NCBI RefSeq assembly: GCF_036321535.1
Contig: NC_087436.1
Location: forward strand, 3,038,001-3,102,000
DNA from: Camelus dromedarius
Lineage: Eukaryota
Direction: 5' to 3'
Length of the DNA stretch: 64,000 bases
Below the pieces are notes generated by a model. The model was given only the letters and a program-made list of their open reading frames with translations, ran no database searches and was not told where the DNA came from. Position numbers and translations under genes: made by a program. Below are positions 39,092 to 54,000 of the stretch, piece by piece (positions within the stretch are counted from its first letter, which is position 1; each line of letters opens with the position of its first letter).

Positions 39092-42000
39092 GCAACTGAA
39101 AAGATACTTTGTGTTCCCATCAAGCTTGGTGAAGGACGGTTTTCACACACACATATCTCTCAGAACTGAGCATGTGGAGAGACGTTCGTTCATCTAGCAA
39201 AAATGGAACGGGTTGCAGGAGTAACTTTACTCTGGTTTCTCAGTCTGTTTCCTAGTGCCGTTTTGAAGTTCTGGCATTTTTCACTGTAAAACCGATTTGG
39301 AGCTAGTACCTCCCCATATATTTGTATGGATTGCAGTTTGCAAGTGAAAAGAAAATTTGTGTTCCCAACAAGCTAGGTGAAGAACGGCTTTCACACGCAC
39401 TTATCTCTCAGAACTGAGCATGTGGAGAGAAGTCCGTTCATCTAGCACAAAGGGAACGGTTTGCAGGAGAAAATTTTTCTCTGGTTTCTCAGTCTGTTTC
39501 CTAGTGCCGGTTTGAATTTCCTGCAGTTTTCACTGTAAAACCGAGTTGGAGCTAGTACCTCCCCATATATATGTATGGATTGCAGTTTGCAACTTAAAAG
39601 AAACTTTGTTTTCCCAACAAGCTAGTTGAAGGACGGCTTTCACACACACATATCTCTCAGAACTGAGCATGTGGAGAGACGTTCGTTCATTTAGCACAAA
39701 GAAACTTGTTGCAGGAGAAACTTTTACTCTGGTTTCTCAGTCTGATTCCTATTGCCGGTTTGAAGTTCCTGCAGTTTTCACTGTAAACCCGAGTTGGTTA
39801 TAGTACCTACCCATATATAAGTATGGAGTGGAGTTTGCAACTGAAAAGAAACTTTGTGATCCCAACAAGCTAGGTGAAGGACGGCTTTCACACAAAGTTA
39901 ACTCTCAGAACTGAGCATGTGGTGAGACGTTCGTTCATCTAGCACAAATTGAACGGGTTGCAGGAGAAACTTTTACTCTGGTTTCTCAGTCTGTTTCCTA
40001 GTACCAGTTTATTGTTCCTGCAGTTTTCACTGTAAAACCAAGTTGGAGCTCGTACCTCGCCATATATATGTATGGAGTGGAGTTTGCAACTGAATACAAT
40101 CTTTGTGTTCCCAATAAGCTAGGTGAAAGAAGGCTTTCACACACACTTATCTCACAGAACTGAGCATGTGGAGAGACGTTCGTTCATCTAGCAAAAAGGG
40201 AATGGTTTGCAGGAGAAACTGTTACTCTGGTTTCTCATTTTGTTTAATAGTGCCGGTTTGAAGTTCCTGCAGTTTTCACTGTAAAACCGAGTTGGAGCTA
40301 GTACCTCCCCATATATATGTATGGAGTGGAGTTGGCAACAGAAAAGAAAATTTGTGTTCCCAACAAGCTAGGTGAAGGACGGCTTTCACACACACATATC
40401 TCACAGAACTGAGCATGTGGAGAGACGTTCGTTCATCTAGCACAAATGGAACGGGTTGCAACAGAAACTTTTACTCTGGTTTCTCAGTCTGTTTCCTAGT
40501 GCCGGTTTGAAGTTACTGCAGTTTTCACTGTAAACCGATTTGGAGCTAGTACCTCATCATATATATATATGGAATGGAGTTTGCAAGTGAAAAGAAATTT
40601 TGTGTTCCTAAAAAGCTAGGTGAAGAACTGCTCTCACACACACTTATCTCAGGGAACTGAGCATGTGGAGAGACGTTCGTTCATCTAGCACAATGTAACG
40701 GGTAGCAGGAGAAACTTTTCCTCTGGATTCTCAGTCTGTTTCCTAGTGCCGGATTCAAGTTCCTGCAGTTTTCACTGTAAAACCGAGTTGGAGCTAGTAC
40801 ATCCACATATATATTTATGGAGTGGTGTTTGCAAGTGAAAAGTAACTTTGTGTTCCCAACAAGCTTGTTGAATGACGGCTTTCACACACACTAATCTCTC
40901 AGAACTGAGCATGTTGATAGACGTTCGTTCATCTAGCACAAAGGGAACGGTTTGCAGGAGAAACTTTTACTCTTGTTTCTCAGTCTGTTTCCTAGTGCCG
41001 GTTTGAATTTCCTGCAGTTTGCACTGTAAAACCGAGTTGGAGTTAGTACTTCCCCATATATATGTATGGAGTGGAGTTTGCACCTGAAAAGAAACTTTGT
41101 GTTCCCAAAAAACTAGGTGAAGTACGGCTTTCACACTCACTTATTTCTGAGAACTGAGCATGTGGAGAGACGTTCGTTCATCTAGCACAATGGGAACTGG
41201 TATTAGGAGAAAATTTTACTCTGGTTTCTCAGTCTGTTTCCTAGTGACGTTTTGAAGTTCCTGCAGTTTTCACTGTAAAACCGAGTTGGAGCTAGTACCT
41301 CCCCATATATATGTATGGATTGGAGTTTGAAAGTGAAAAGAAACATTGTGTTCCCAAGAAGCTAGTTGAAGGACTGCTTTCACACACACTTATCTCTCAG
41401 AACTGAGCATGTGGCGAGACGTTCGTTCATCTAGCACAAAGGGAACAGGTTGCAGGAGAAACTTTTTCTCTGGTTTCTCAGTATGTTTCATGTTGCCGCT
41501 ATGAATTTCCTGCAGTTTTCACTGTAAAATCGAGTTTGAGCTAGTACCTCCCCATATATATGTATGGAGTGGAGTTTGCAACTGAAAAGAAACTTTGTGT
41601 TCCCACCAAGCTAGGTGAAGGACGACTTTCACACACACTTATCTCTCAGAACTGAGCATGTGGAGAGACGTTCGTTCATCTAGCACAAATTGAACAGGTT
41701 GCAGGAGAAACTATTACTCTGGTTTCTCAGTCTGTTTCCTAGTGCCGGTATGAAGTTCCTGCAGTTTTCACTGTAAAAAAGAGTTGGAGCTAGTACCTCC
41801 CCATATATATGTATGGAGTGGAGTTTGCAACTGAAAAGAAACTTTGTGTTCCCACCAAGCTTGGTGAAAGACGACTTTCACACACACTTATCTCTCAGAA
41901 CTGAGCATGTGGAGAGACGTTCGTTCATCTAGCACAAATTGAACAGGTTGCAGGAGAAACTTTTACTCTGGTTTCTCAGTCTGTTTCCTAGTGCCGGTAT

Positions 42001-45000
42001 GAAGTTCCTGCAGTTTTCACTGTAAAACCGAGTTGGAGCTAGTACCTCCGCATATATATGTATGGAGTGTTGTTTGCAACTGAAAAGAAACTTTGTGTTC
42101 CCACCAAGCTAGTTGAAGGACGACTTTCACACACACTTATCTCTCAGAACTGAGCATGTGGAGAGACGTTCGTTCATCTAGCACAAATTGAACAGGTTGC
42201 AGGAGAAACTTTTACTCTGGTTTCTCAGTCTGATTAATATTGCCGGTTTGAAGTTCCTGCAGTTTTCACTGTAAAACCGAGTTGGTTATAGTACCTACCC
42301 ATATATAAGTATGGAGTGGGGTTTGCAACTTAAAAGAAACTTTTTGTTCCCAACAAGCTAGGTGAAGGACGGCTTTCACACACAGTTAACTCTCAGAACT
42401 GAGCATGTGGTGAGACGTTCGTTCATCTAGCACAAAGGGAACGGGTTGCAGGAGAATCTTTTACTCTGGTTTCTCAGACTGTTTCCTAGTCCCAGTTTAT
42501 TCTTCCTGCAGTTTTCACTGTAAAACCGAGTTGGAGCTACTACCTCCCCATATATATGTATAGAATGGAGTTTGCAACTGAAAAGAAACTTTGTGTCCCC
42601 AAAAAGCTTGGTGAAGTACGGCTTTCACACACACTTATCTCTCAGAACTGAGCATGTGGAGAGACGTTCGTTCATCTAGCACAAAGGGAACGGGTTGCAG
42701 GAGAAAGTTTTACTCTGGTTTCTCAGTCTGTTTCCTAGTGTCGGTTTGAAGTTCCTGAATTATTCACTGTAAAACCGAGTTTGAGATTGTACCTCCCCTT
42801 ATATATGTATGGAGTGGAGTTTGCAACTGTAAAGGAACTTTGTGTTCCCAACAAGCTAGTTGAAGAACGGCTTTCACCCACACTTATCTCTCAGAACTGA
42901 GCATGTGGAGAGACGTTCGTTAATTTAGCACAAAGGAATCAGGTTGCAGGATAAACTTTTACTCTGGTTTCTCAGTCTGCTTCCTAGTGCCGGTTTGAAG
43001 TTCCTGCAGTTTTCACTGTAAAACCGAATTGGACCTAGTACTTCCCATATATACTTATGGAGTGGAGTTTGCACCTGAAAAGGATCTTAGTGTTCCCAAC
43101 ATGCTAGTTGAAGGACGGCTTTCATAAACACCTATTTCTGAGAAATGAGCATGTGGAGAGACGTTCGTTCATCTAGCAAAAAGTGAAAGGGTTGCAGGAA
43201 AACTTTTACTCTGGTTTCTCAGTCTGTTTCCTACTGCCAGCTTGAAGTTCCTGCAGTTTTCACGGTAAAACCGAGTTGGAGCTAGTACCTCCCCATATAT
43301 ATGTATGGAATGGTGTTTGCAAGTGAAAGGAAACTTTGTGTTCCCAAGAAGCTAGTTGAAGGACGGCTTTCACACACAATTATCTCTCAGCACTTAGCAT
43401 GTGGAGAGACGTTCGTTCATCTAGCACAAAGGGAACGGGTTGCAGGAGAAACTTTTACTCTGGTTTCTCAGTCTGTTTCCTAGTGCCGGTTTGAAGTTCC
43501 TGCAGTTTTCACTGTAAAACAGATTTGGAGCTTGTACCTCCCCATATATATGTATGGAGTGGAGTTTGCAAATGAAAAGAAGCTTTGTGTTCCCAACAAG
43601 CTAGGTGAAGGACGGCTTTCACACACAGTTATCTCTCAGACCTGAGAATGTGGAGAGACGTTCGTTCATCTACCACAAAGGAAATGGTTTGAGGGGAAAC
43701 TTTTACTCTGGTTTCTCAGTCTGTTTCCTAGTGCTGGTTTGAAGTTCCTTTAGTTTTCACTGTAAAACCGATTTGGAGCTAGTACCTCATCATATATATG
43801 TATGGAGTGGAGTTTGCAATTGAAAAGAAATTTTGTGTTCCCAAAAAGCTAGGTGAAGAACGGCTCTCACACACAATTATCTCAGAGAACTGAGCATGTG
43901 GAGAGACGTTCGTTCATCTAGCACAAAGAAAAGGGTAGCAGGAGAAACTTTTACTCTGGATTCTCTGTCTGTTTCCTAGTGCCGGATTCGAGTTCCTGCA
44001 GTTTTCACTGTAAAACCGAGTTGGAGCTAGTACCTCCACATATATATTTATGGAGTGGAGTTTGCAAGTGAAAAGTAACTTTGTGTTCCCAACAAGCATG
44101 TTGAATGACGGCTTTCACACACACTTATCTCTCAGAAATGAGCATGTTGATAGACGTTCGTTCATCTAGCACAAAGGGAACGATTTGCAAGAGAAACTTT
44201 TACTCTGGTTTCTCAGTCTGTTTCCTAGTGCCGGTTTGAAGTTCCTGCAGTTTTCACTGTAAATTCGAGTTGGAGCTAGTACCCCCCCATATATATGTAT
44301 GGAGTGGAGTTTGCACCTGAAAAGAAACTTTGTGTTATCAAAGAGCTAGGTGAAGTATGGCTTTCACACTCACTTATGTCTCAGAACTGATTATGTGGAG
44401 AGACGTTCGTTCTTCTAGCACAAAGGGAACGGGTTGCAGGAAAAACTTTTCTCTGGTTTCTCAGTCTGTTTCCTAGTACCGGTTGGTTGTTCCTGCAGTT
44501 TCCACTATTAAACCGAGTTGGATCTAGTACCTCCCCATATTTATGTATGGTGTGGAGTTTGCAACTGAAAAGAAACTTTGTGTTCCCAACAAGCTAAGTG
44601 AAGGACGGCTTTCACACACAGATAACTCTCAGAACTGAGCATGTGCAGAGACGTTCGTTCATCTAGCACAAAGGAAAGGGGTTTCAGGGGAAACTTTTAC
44701 TCAGGTTTCTCAGTCTGTTTCCTAGTGCTGGTTTGAAGTTCCTTTAGTTTTCACTGTACAACCGAGTTGGAGCTAGTACCTACCCATAAATATGTATGGA
44801 GTGGAGTTTGCAACTGAAAAGAAGCTTTGTGTTCCCAACAAGCTAGGTGAAGGACGGCTTTCACACACACTTATATCTCAGAACTGAGCATGTGGAGAGA
44901 CGTTCGTTCATCTAGCACAAAGGGAACTGGTTGCAGGAGAAACTTTTACTCTGGTTTCTCAGTCTGTTTCCTAGTGCCGGTTTGAAGTTCCTGCAGTTTT

Positions 45001-48000
45001 CACTGTAAAAGAGATTTGAAGCTAGTACCTCCACATATATATTTATGGAGTGGAGTTTGCAACTGAAAAGAAACTTTGTGTTCCCAACAAGCTAGTTGAA
45101 GAACGGCTTTCACACACACTTTTGTCTCAGAACTGAGCATGTGGAGAGACGTTCGTTCATTTAGCACAAAGAATCGGGTTGCAGTAGAAACTTTTACTCT
45201 GGTTTCTCAGTCTGTTTCCTAGGGCCGGTGTGAAGTTCCTGCAGTTTTCACTGTAAAACACAGTTGGAGCTTGTACCTCCCCTTATATATGTATGGAGTG
45301 GAGTTTGCAACTGAAAAGAAACTTTGTGTTCCCAACAAGCTAGGTGAAGGACGGCTTTCACACACAGTTAAATCTCAGATTTGAGCATGTTGAGAGACGT
45401 TCGTTCATCTAGCACAAAGGAAACGGGTTGCAGGGGAAACTTTTACTCAGGTTTCTCAGTCTGTTTCCTAGTGCTGGTTTGAAGTTCCTTTAGTTTTCAC
45501 TGTAAAACCGAGTTGGAGCTTCTACTTCCCCATATATATGTATGGAGTGGAGTTTGAAACTGAAAAGAAGATTTGTGTTCCCAACAAGCTAGGTGAAGGA
45601 CGGCTTCACACACACTTATGTCTCAGAACTGAGTATGTGGAGAGACGTTCGTTCTTCTAGCACAAAGGGAACGGGTTGCAGGAGAAACTTTTACTCTGGT
45701 TTCTCAGTCTGTTTCCTAGTACCGGTTGGTTGTTCCTGCAGTTTCCACTGTTAAACCGAGTTGGATCTAGTACCTCCCCATATTTATGTATGGTGTGGAG
45801 TTTGCAACTGAAAAGAAACTTTGTGTTCCCAATAAGCTAGGTGAAGGGCGGCTTTCACACACACTTATCTCTAAGAACTGTGCATGTGGAGAGACGTTCG
45901 TTCATCTAGCACAAAGGAAAAGGTTTGCAGGAGAAACTTTTACTCTGGTTTCTCATTCTGTTTCCTAGTGCCGGTTAGAAGTTCCTGCAGTTTTCACTGT
46001 AAAACCGAATTGGAGCTAGTACCTCCCCATATATAAGTATGGAGTGGAGTTTGCAACTTAAAAGAAACTTTGTGTTCCCAACAAGCTAGGTGAAAGACGG
46101 CTTTCACACAAAGTTAAATCTCAGAACAGAGCATGTGGAGAGATCTTCGTTCTTCTAGCACAAAGGGAACGGGTTGCAGTAGAAACTTTTACCCTGCTTT
46201 CTCACTATGTTTCATGTTGCCGCTTTGAAGTTCCTGCAGTTTTCACTGTAAAGCCTTGTTGGAGCTAGTACCTCCCCATATATATGTATGGAGTTAAGTT
46301 TGCAACTGAAAAGAAACATTGTGTTCCCAACAAGCTAGTTGAAGTACGGCTTTCACACACACTTATCTCTCAGAACTTAACATGTGGAGAGACCTTCGTT
46401 CATCTAGCACAAAAGGAGCGGGTTGCAGGGGAAACTATTACTCTGGTTTCTCAGTCTGTTTCCTAGTGCCGTTTTGAAGTTCCTTTAGTTTTCTCTGTAA
46501 AACCGATTTGGAGCTAGTACCTCCCCATATTTATGTATGGTGTGGAGTTTGCAACTGAAAAGAAACTTTGTGTTCAAAACAAGCTAGGTGAAGGACGGCT
46601 TTCACACACAGTTAAGTCTCAGAACTGAGCATTTGCAGAGACGTTCGTTCATCTAGCACAAATGTAAGGGGTTTCAGGGGAAACTTTTTCTCAGGTTTCT
46701 CAGTCTGTTTCCTAGTGCTGGTTTGAAGTTCCTTTAGTTTTCACTGTAAAACCGAGTTGGAGCTAGTACATACCCATATATATGTATGGAGTGGAGTTTG
46801 CAACTGAAAAGAAGCTTTGTGTTCCCAACAAGCTAGGTGAAGGACGGCTTTCACACACACTTATATCTCAGAACTGAGCATGTGGAGAGACGTTCGTTCA
46901 TCTAGCACAAAGGGAACTGGATGCAGGAGAAACTTTTACTCTGGTTTCTCAGTCTGTTTCCTAGGGCCGGTATGTAGTTCCTGCAGTTTTCACTGTAAAA
47001 CAGAGTTGGAGCTAGTACCTCCCCTTATATATGTATGGAGTGGAGTTTGCAACTGAAAAGAAACTTTGTGTTCCCAACACGCTATTTGAAGGACGGCTTT
47101 CACACACACATATCTTTCAGATCTGAGCATGTGGAGAGACGTTTGTTCATCTAGCAAAAATGGAACGGGTTGCAGGAGAAACTGTTACTCTGGTTTCTCA
47201 GTCTGTTTCCTAGTGCCGGTTTGAAGTTCCTGAAGTTTTCACTGTAAAACAGTGTTGAAGCTAGTACCTCCCCATATAAATGTATGGAGTGGAGTTTTCA
47301 ACTGAAAACAAACTTTGTGTTCCCAACAAGCTAGTTGAACAACGGCTTTCAAACACACTTTAATCTCAGAACTGAGCATGTGGAGAGACGTTCGTTCATT
47401 TAGCACAAATAATCGGGTTGAAGGAGAAATTTTACTCTGGTTTCTCAGTCTGTTTCCTAGTGCCGGTTTGAAGTTCCTGCAGTTTTCACTGTAAAACCGA
47501 GTTGGAGCTAGTACCTCCCCATATATAAGTATGGATTGGAGTTTGCAACTGAAAAGAAACTTTGTGTTCCCAACAAGCTAGTTGAAGGACGGCTTTCACA
47601 CACAGTTAAATCTCAGATTTGAGCATGTTGAGAGACTTTCGTTCATCTAGCACAAAGGAAACGGATTGCAAGGGAAACTTTTACTCTGGTTTCTCAGTCT
47701 GTTTCCTAGTGCTGGTTTGAAGTTCCTTTAGTTTTCACTGTAAAACCGAGTTGGAGCTTGTACCTCCCCATATATATGTATGGAGTGGAGTTTGAAACTG
47801 AAAAGAAGCTTTGTGTTCCCAACAAGCTAGGTGAAGGACGGCTTCACACACACTTATGTCTCAGAACTGAGTATGTGGAGAGACGTTCGTTCTTCTAGCA
47901 CAAAGGGAACGGGTTGCAGGAGAAACTTTTACTCTGGTTTCTCAGTCTGTTTCCTAGTACCGGTTGGTTGTTCCTGCAGTTTCCACTGTTAAACGGAGTT

Positions 48001-51000
48001 GGATCTAGTACCTCCCCATATTTATGTATGGAGTGGAGTTTGCAACTGAAAAGAAACTTTGAGTTTCCAACAAGCTAGGTGAAGGACGGCTTTCACACAC
48101 ACTTATCTCTCAGAACTGAGCATGTGGAGAGAAGTTCGTTCATCTAGCACAAAGGGAACGGGTTGCAGGAGAAAATTTTACTCTGGTTTCTCAGTCTGTT
48201 TCCTTGTGCCGGTTTGAAGTTCCTTTAGTTTTCACTGTAAAACGGAGTTGGAACTAGTACCTCCCCATATATATGTATGGAGTGGATTTTGCAACTGGAA
48301 ATATCTTTGTGTTCCCAACAAGCTAGGTGAAGGACGGCTTTCACACACAATTATCACTAAGAACTGAGCATGTGGAGAGACGATCGTTCATCTAGCACAA
48401 AAGGAACGGGTTGCAGGAGAAACTTTTACTCTGGTTTCTCAGTCTGTTTCCTAGTACACGGTGTTGTTCCTGCAGATTTCATTGTAAAACCGAGTTGGAG
48501 CTAGTACCTCCCCATATATATGTATGGTGTGGAGTTTGCAAGTGAAAAGAAACTTGTGTTCCCAACAAGCTAGTTGAAGGACGGCTTTCACACACACTTA
48601 TCTCTCAGAATTGAGCATGTGGAGAGAGGTTCGTTCATCTAGCCTAAAGGGAACGGGTTGCAGGAGAAACTTTTACTCTGATTTCTCAGTCTGTTTCCTA
48701 GTGCCGGTTTGAAGTTCCTGCAGTTTTCACTGTAAAACCGAGTTGGAGATAGTACCTCCCATATATTTATGTATGGAGTGGAGTTTGCAAGTGAAAAGGA
48801 AATTTGTGTTCCCAAGAAGCTAGGTGAAGGACGACTTTCACACACACTTATCTCTCAGAACTGAGCATGTGGAGAGACGTTTGTTCTTCTAGCACAAATG
48901 GAACGGGTTGCAGGAGAAACTTTTCTCCTTTTTCTCAGTCTATTTCCTAGTGCCGGGTTGAAGTTCTGCAGGTTTCACTGTAAAACCTAGTTGGAGATAG
49001 TACTTCCCCATATATATTTATGGAGTGGAGTTTGCAACTGAAAAGGAACTTTGTGTTCGAACAAGCTAGGTGAAGGACGGCTTTCACACACACATATATC
49101 TCAGAACTGAGCATGTGGAGAGACGTTCGTTCACCTAGCACAAATGGAACTGGTTGCAGGAGAAACTTTTACTCTGGTTTCTCAGTATGTTTCCTGTTGC
49201 CGGTTTGAAGTTCCTGCAGTTTTCACTGTAAAACCGAGTTGGAGCTAGTACATCCCCATATATTTGTATGGAGTGGAGTTTGCAAATGAAAAGAAACTTT
49301 GTGTTCCCAACAACCTAGGTGAAGGACGGCTCTCACACACACTTATCTCAGAGAACTGAGCATGTGGAGAGACGTTCGTTCATCTAGCACAAAGAAACGG
49401 GTAGCAGGAGAAACTTTTACTCTGGATTCTCAGTCTGTTTCCTAGTGCCGGATTCGAGTTCCTGCAGTTTTCACTGTAAAAACGAGTTGGAGCTAGTTCC
49501 TCCACATATATATTTATGGAGTGGAGTTTGCAAGTGAAAAGTAACTTTGTGTTCCCAACAAGCTTGTTGAATGACGGCTTTCACACACACTTATCTCTCA
49601 GAAATAAGCATGTTGATACACGTACGTTCATCTAGCACAAAGGGAACGGTATGCAGGAGAAACTTTTACTCTGGTTTCTCAGTCTGTTTCCTAGTGCCGG
49701 TTTGAAGTTCCTGCAGTTTTCACTGTAAATATGAGTTGGAGCTAGTACCCCCCCATATATATGTATGGAGTGGAGTTTGCAACTGAAAAGAAATTTTGTG
49801 TTCCCAAAGAGCTAGGTGAAGTACGGCTTTCACACTAACTTATGTCTCAGAACTGAGTATGTGGAGAGACGTTCGTTCTTCTAGCACAAATGGAACGGGT
49901 TGCAGGAGAAACTTTTCTCTGGTTTCTCAGTCTGTTTCCTAGTACCGGTTGGTTGTTCCTGCAGTTTCCACTATTAAACCGAGTTGCATCTAGTACCTCC
50001 CCATATTTATGTATGGTGTGGAGTTTGCAACTGAAAAGAAACTTTGTGTTCCCAACAAGCTAAGTGAAGGACGGCTTTCACACACATTTAACTCTCAGAA
50101 CTGAGCATGTGCAGAGACTTTCGTTCATCTAGCACAAAGGAAAGGGGTTTCAGGGGAAACTTTTACTCAGGTTTCTCAGTCTGTTTCCTAGTGCTGGTTT
50201 GAAGTTCCTTTAGTTTTCACTGTAAAACCGAGTTGGATCTAGTACCTACCCATATATATGTATGGAGTGGAGGTTGCAACTGAAAAGAAGCTTTGTGTTC
50301 CCAACAAGCTATGTGAAGGGCAGCTTTCACACACACTTATATCTCAGAACTGAGCATGTGGAGAGACGTTCGTTCATCTAGCACAAATTGAACTGGTTGC
50401 AGGAGAAACTTTTACTCTGGTTTCTCAGTCTGTTTCCTAGTGCCGGTTTGAAGTTCCTGCAGTTTTCACTGTAAAAGAGATTTGAAGCTAGTACCCCCCC
50501 ATATATATTTATGGAGTGGAGTTTGCAACTGAAAAGAAACTTTGTGTTCCCAACAAGCTAGTTGAAGAACGGCTTTCACACACACTTTTCTCTCAGAAGT
50601 GAGCATGTGGAGAGACGTTCGTTCATTTAGCACAAAGAATCGGGTTGCAGTAGAAACTTTTACTCTGGTTTCTCAGTCTGTTTCCTAGGGCCGGTGTGAA
50701 GTTCCTGCAGTTTTCACTGTAAAACAGAGTTGGAGCTAGTACCTCCCCTTATATATGTATGGAGTGGAGTTTGCAACTGAAAAGAAACTTTGTGTTCCCA
50801 ACACGCTATTTGAAGGACGGCTTTCACACACACATATCTCTCAGATCTGAGCATGTGGAGAGACGTTCGTTCATCTAGCAAAAATGGAACGGGTTACAGG
50901 AGAAACTGTTACTCTGGTTTCTCAGTCTGTTTCCTAGTGCCGGTTTGAAGTTCCTGAAGTTTTCACTGTAAAACAGTGTTGAAGCTAGTACCTCCCCATA

Positions 51001-54000
51001 TAAATGTATGGAGTGGAGTTTTCAACTGAAAACAAACTTTGTGTTCCCAACAAGCTAGTTGAAGTACGGCTTTCACACACACTTATCTCTCAGAATTTAA
51101 CATGTGGAGAGACCTTCGTTCATCTAGCACAAAAGGAACGGGTTGCAGGGGAAACTTTTCTCTGGTTTCTCAGTCTGTTTCCTAGTACACGGTGTTGTTC
51201 CTGCACTTTTCATTGTAAAACCGAGTTGGAGCTAGTACCTCCCCATATATATGTATGGTGTGGAGTTTGCAAGTGAAAAGAAACTTGTGTTCCCAACAAG
51301 CTAGGTGAAGGACGGCTTTCACACACACTTATCTCTCAGAATTGAGCATGTGGAGAGACTTTCGTTCATCTAGCCCAAAGGGAACGGGTTGCAGGAGAAA
51401 CTTTTACTCTGGTTTCTCAGTCTGTTTCCTAGTGCCGGTTTGAAGTTCCTGCAGTTTTCACTGTAAAACCGAGTTGGAGATAGTACCCCCCATATATATA
51501 TGTATGGAGTGGAGTTTGCAAGTGAAAAGAAACTTTGTGTTCCCAAGAAGCTAGGTGAATGACGGCTTTCACACACACTTATCTCTCAGAACTGAGCATG
51601 TGGAGAGACGTTTGTTCTTCTAGCACAAATGGAACGGGTTGCAGGAGAAACTTTTCTCATTTTTCTCAGTCTATTTCGTAGTGCCGTGTTGAAGTTCATG
51701 CAGGTTTCACTGTAAAACCGAGTTGGAGATAATACTTCCCCATATATATGTATGGATTGGAGTTTGCAACTGAAAAGAAGCTTTGTGTTCCCAACAAGCT
51801 TGGTGAAGTACGGCTTTTACACACACATATCCCTCAGAACTGAGCATGTGGAGAGACGTTCGTTCATCTAGCACAAAGGGAACGGGTTGCAGGAGAAACT
51901 TTTCTCTGGTTTCTCAGTCTATTTCCTAGTGCCGGTTTGAAGTTCCTTAATGTTTCACTGTAAAACCGAGTTGGAACTAGTACTTCCCCATATATATTTA
52001 TGGAGTGGAGTTTTCAAGTGAAAAGAAACTTTGTGTTCCCAACAAGCAATGTGAAGGACGGCTTTCACACACACTTATCTCTCAGAAATGAGCATGTGCA
52101 GAGACGTTCGTTCATCTAGCACAAAAGAACGGGTTGCAGGAGAAACATTTTCTCTGGTTTCTCAGTCTGTTTCCTAGTGCCGGTTTGAAGTTCCTGCAGT
52201 TTTCACTGTAAAACCGAGTTGGAGCTAGTACCTACCCCTATATATGTATGGAGTGGAGTTTGCAACTGAAAAGAAGCTTTGTGTTCCCAACAAGCTTGGT
52301 GTAGTACGGCTTTCACACACACTTATCTCTCAGAACTGAGCATGTGGAGAGACGTTCGTTCATCTAGAAAAAGGAACGGGTTGCAGGAGAAACTTTTACT
52401 CTGGTTTCTCATTCTGTTTCCTAGTGCCGGTTTGAAGGTCCTGCAGTTTTCATTGTAAAACCGAGTTGCAGCTAGAACCTACCCAAATATAAGTATGGAG
52501 TGGAGTTTGCAACTGAAAAGAAACTTTGATTTCCAACAAGCTAGGTGAAGGACGGCTTTCACACACAGTTATCTCTCAGAACTGAGCATGTGGAGAGACG
52601 TTCATTCATCTAGCACAAAGAGAACGGTTTGCAGGGGAAACTTTTACTCTGGTTTCTCAGACTATTTCCTAGTGCCGGTTTGAAGTTCCTGCAGGTTTCA
52701 CTGTAAAAACGAGTTGGAGTTGTACCTTCCCATATATAAGTATGGAGTGGAGTTTGCAACTGAAAAGAAACTTTGTGTTCCCAAAAAGCTAAGTGAAGGA
52801 CGGCTTTCACACACAGTTAACTCTCAGAACTGAGCATGTGGAGAGACGTTCGTTCATCTAGCACAAAGGAAACGTGTTGCAGGGGAAACTTTAACTCTGG
52901 TTTCTCAGTCTGTTTCCTAGTACCGGTTTGAAGTTCCTTTAGTTTTCACTGTAAACCCGAGTTGGGGCTAGTACATCCCCATATATTTGTATGGAGTGGA
53001 GTTTGCAACTGAAAAGAAGCTTTGTGTTCCAAACAAGCTAGGTGAAGGACGGCTTTCACACACACTTATCTCTCAGAATTGAGCATGTGGAGAGACGTTC
53101 GTTCATCTTGCACAAAGGGAACGTTTTGCAGGAGAAACTTTTACTCTGGTTTCTCAGTCTGTTTCCTAGTACCGTTTTGTTGTTCCTGCCGTTTTCACTG
53201 TAAAACCGAGTTGGAGCTAGTACCTCCCCATATATATGTATGGAGTGGAGTTTGCAAATTAAAAGAAACTTTGTGTTCCCAAGAAGCTATGTGAAAGACG
53301 TCCTTCACACACACTTATCTATCAGAACTGAGCATGTGGAGAGACGTTCATTCATCTAGCACAAAGGGAACGGTTTGCAGGAGAAACTTTTACTCTGGTT
53401 TCTCAGTCTATTTCCTAGTGCCAGTTTGAAGTTCCTGCAGTTTTCACTGTAAAACGAATTGGAGCTAGTACCTCCCCATATATATGTATGGAGTGGAGTT
53501 TGCAAATGAAAAGAAACTTTGTGTTCCCAACATGCAATGTGAAGGACGGCTTTCACACACATTTAACTCTCAGAACTGAGCATGTGGAGACACGTTCGTT
53601 CATGTAGCACAAAGGAAACGTGTTTCAGGGGAAACTTTTACTCTGGTTTCTCAGTCTATTTCCTAGTGCCGGTTTGAAGTACCTGCAAGTTTCACTGTAA
53701 AAACGAGTTGGAGTTGTACCTTCCCATATATAAGTATGGAGTGGAGTTTGCAACTGAAAAGAAACTTTGTGTTCCCAAAAAGCTAAGTGAAGGACGGCTT
53801 TCACACACAGTTAACTCTCAGAACTGAGCATGTGGAGAGACGTTCGTTCATCTAGCACAAAGGAAACGTGTTGCAGGGGAAACTTTAACTCTGGTTTCTC
53901 AGTCAGTTTCCTAGTACCGGTTTGAAGTTCCTTTAGTTTTCACTGTAAACCCGAGTTGGGGCTAGTACATCCCCATATATTTGTATGGAGTGGAGTTTGC

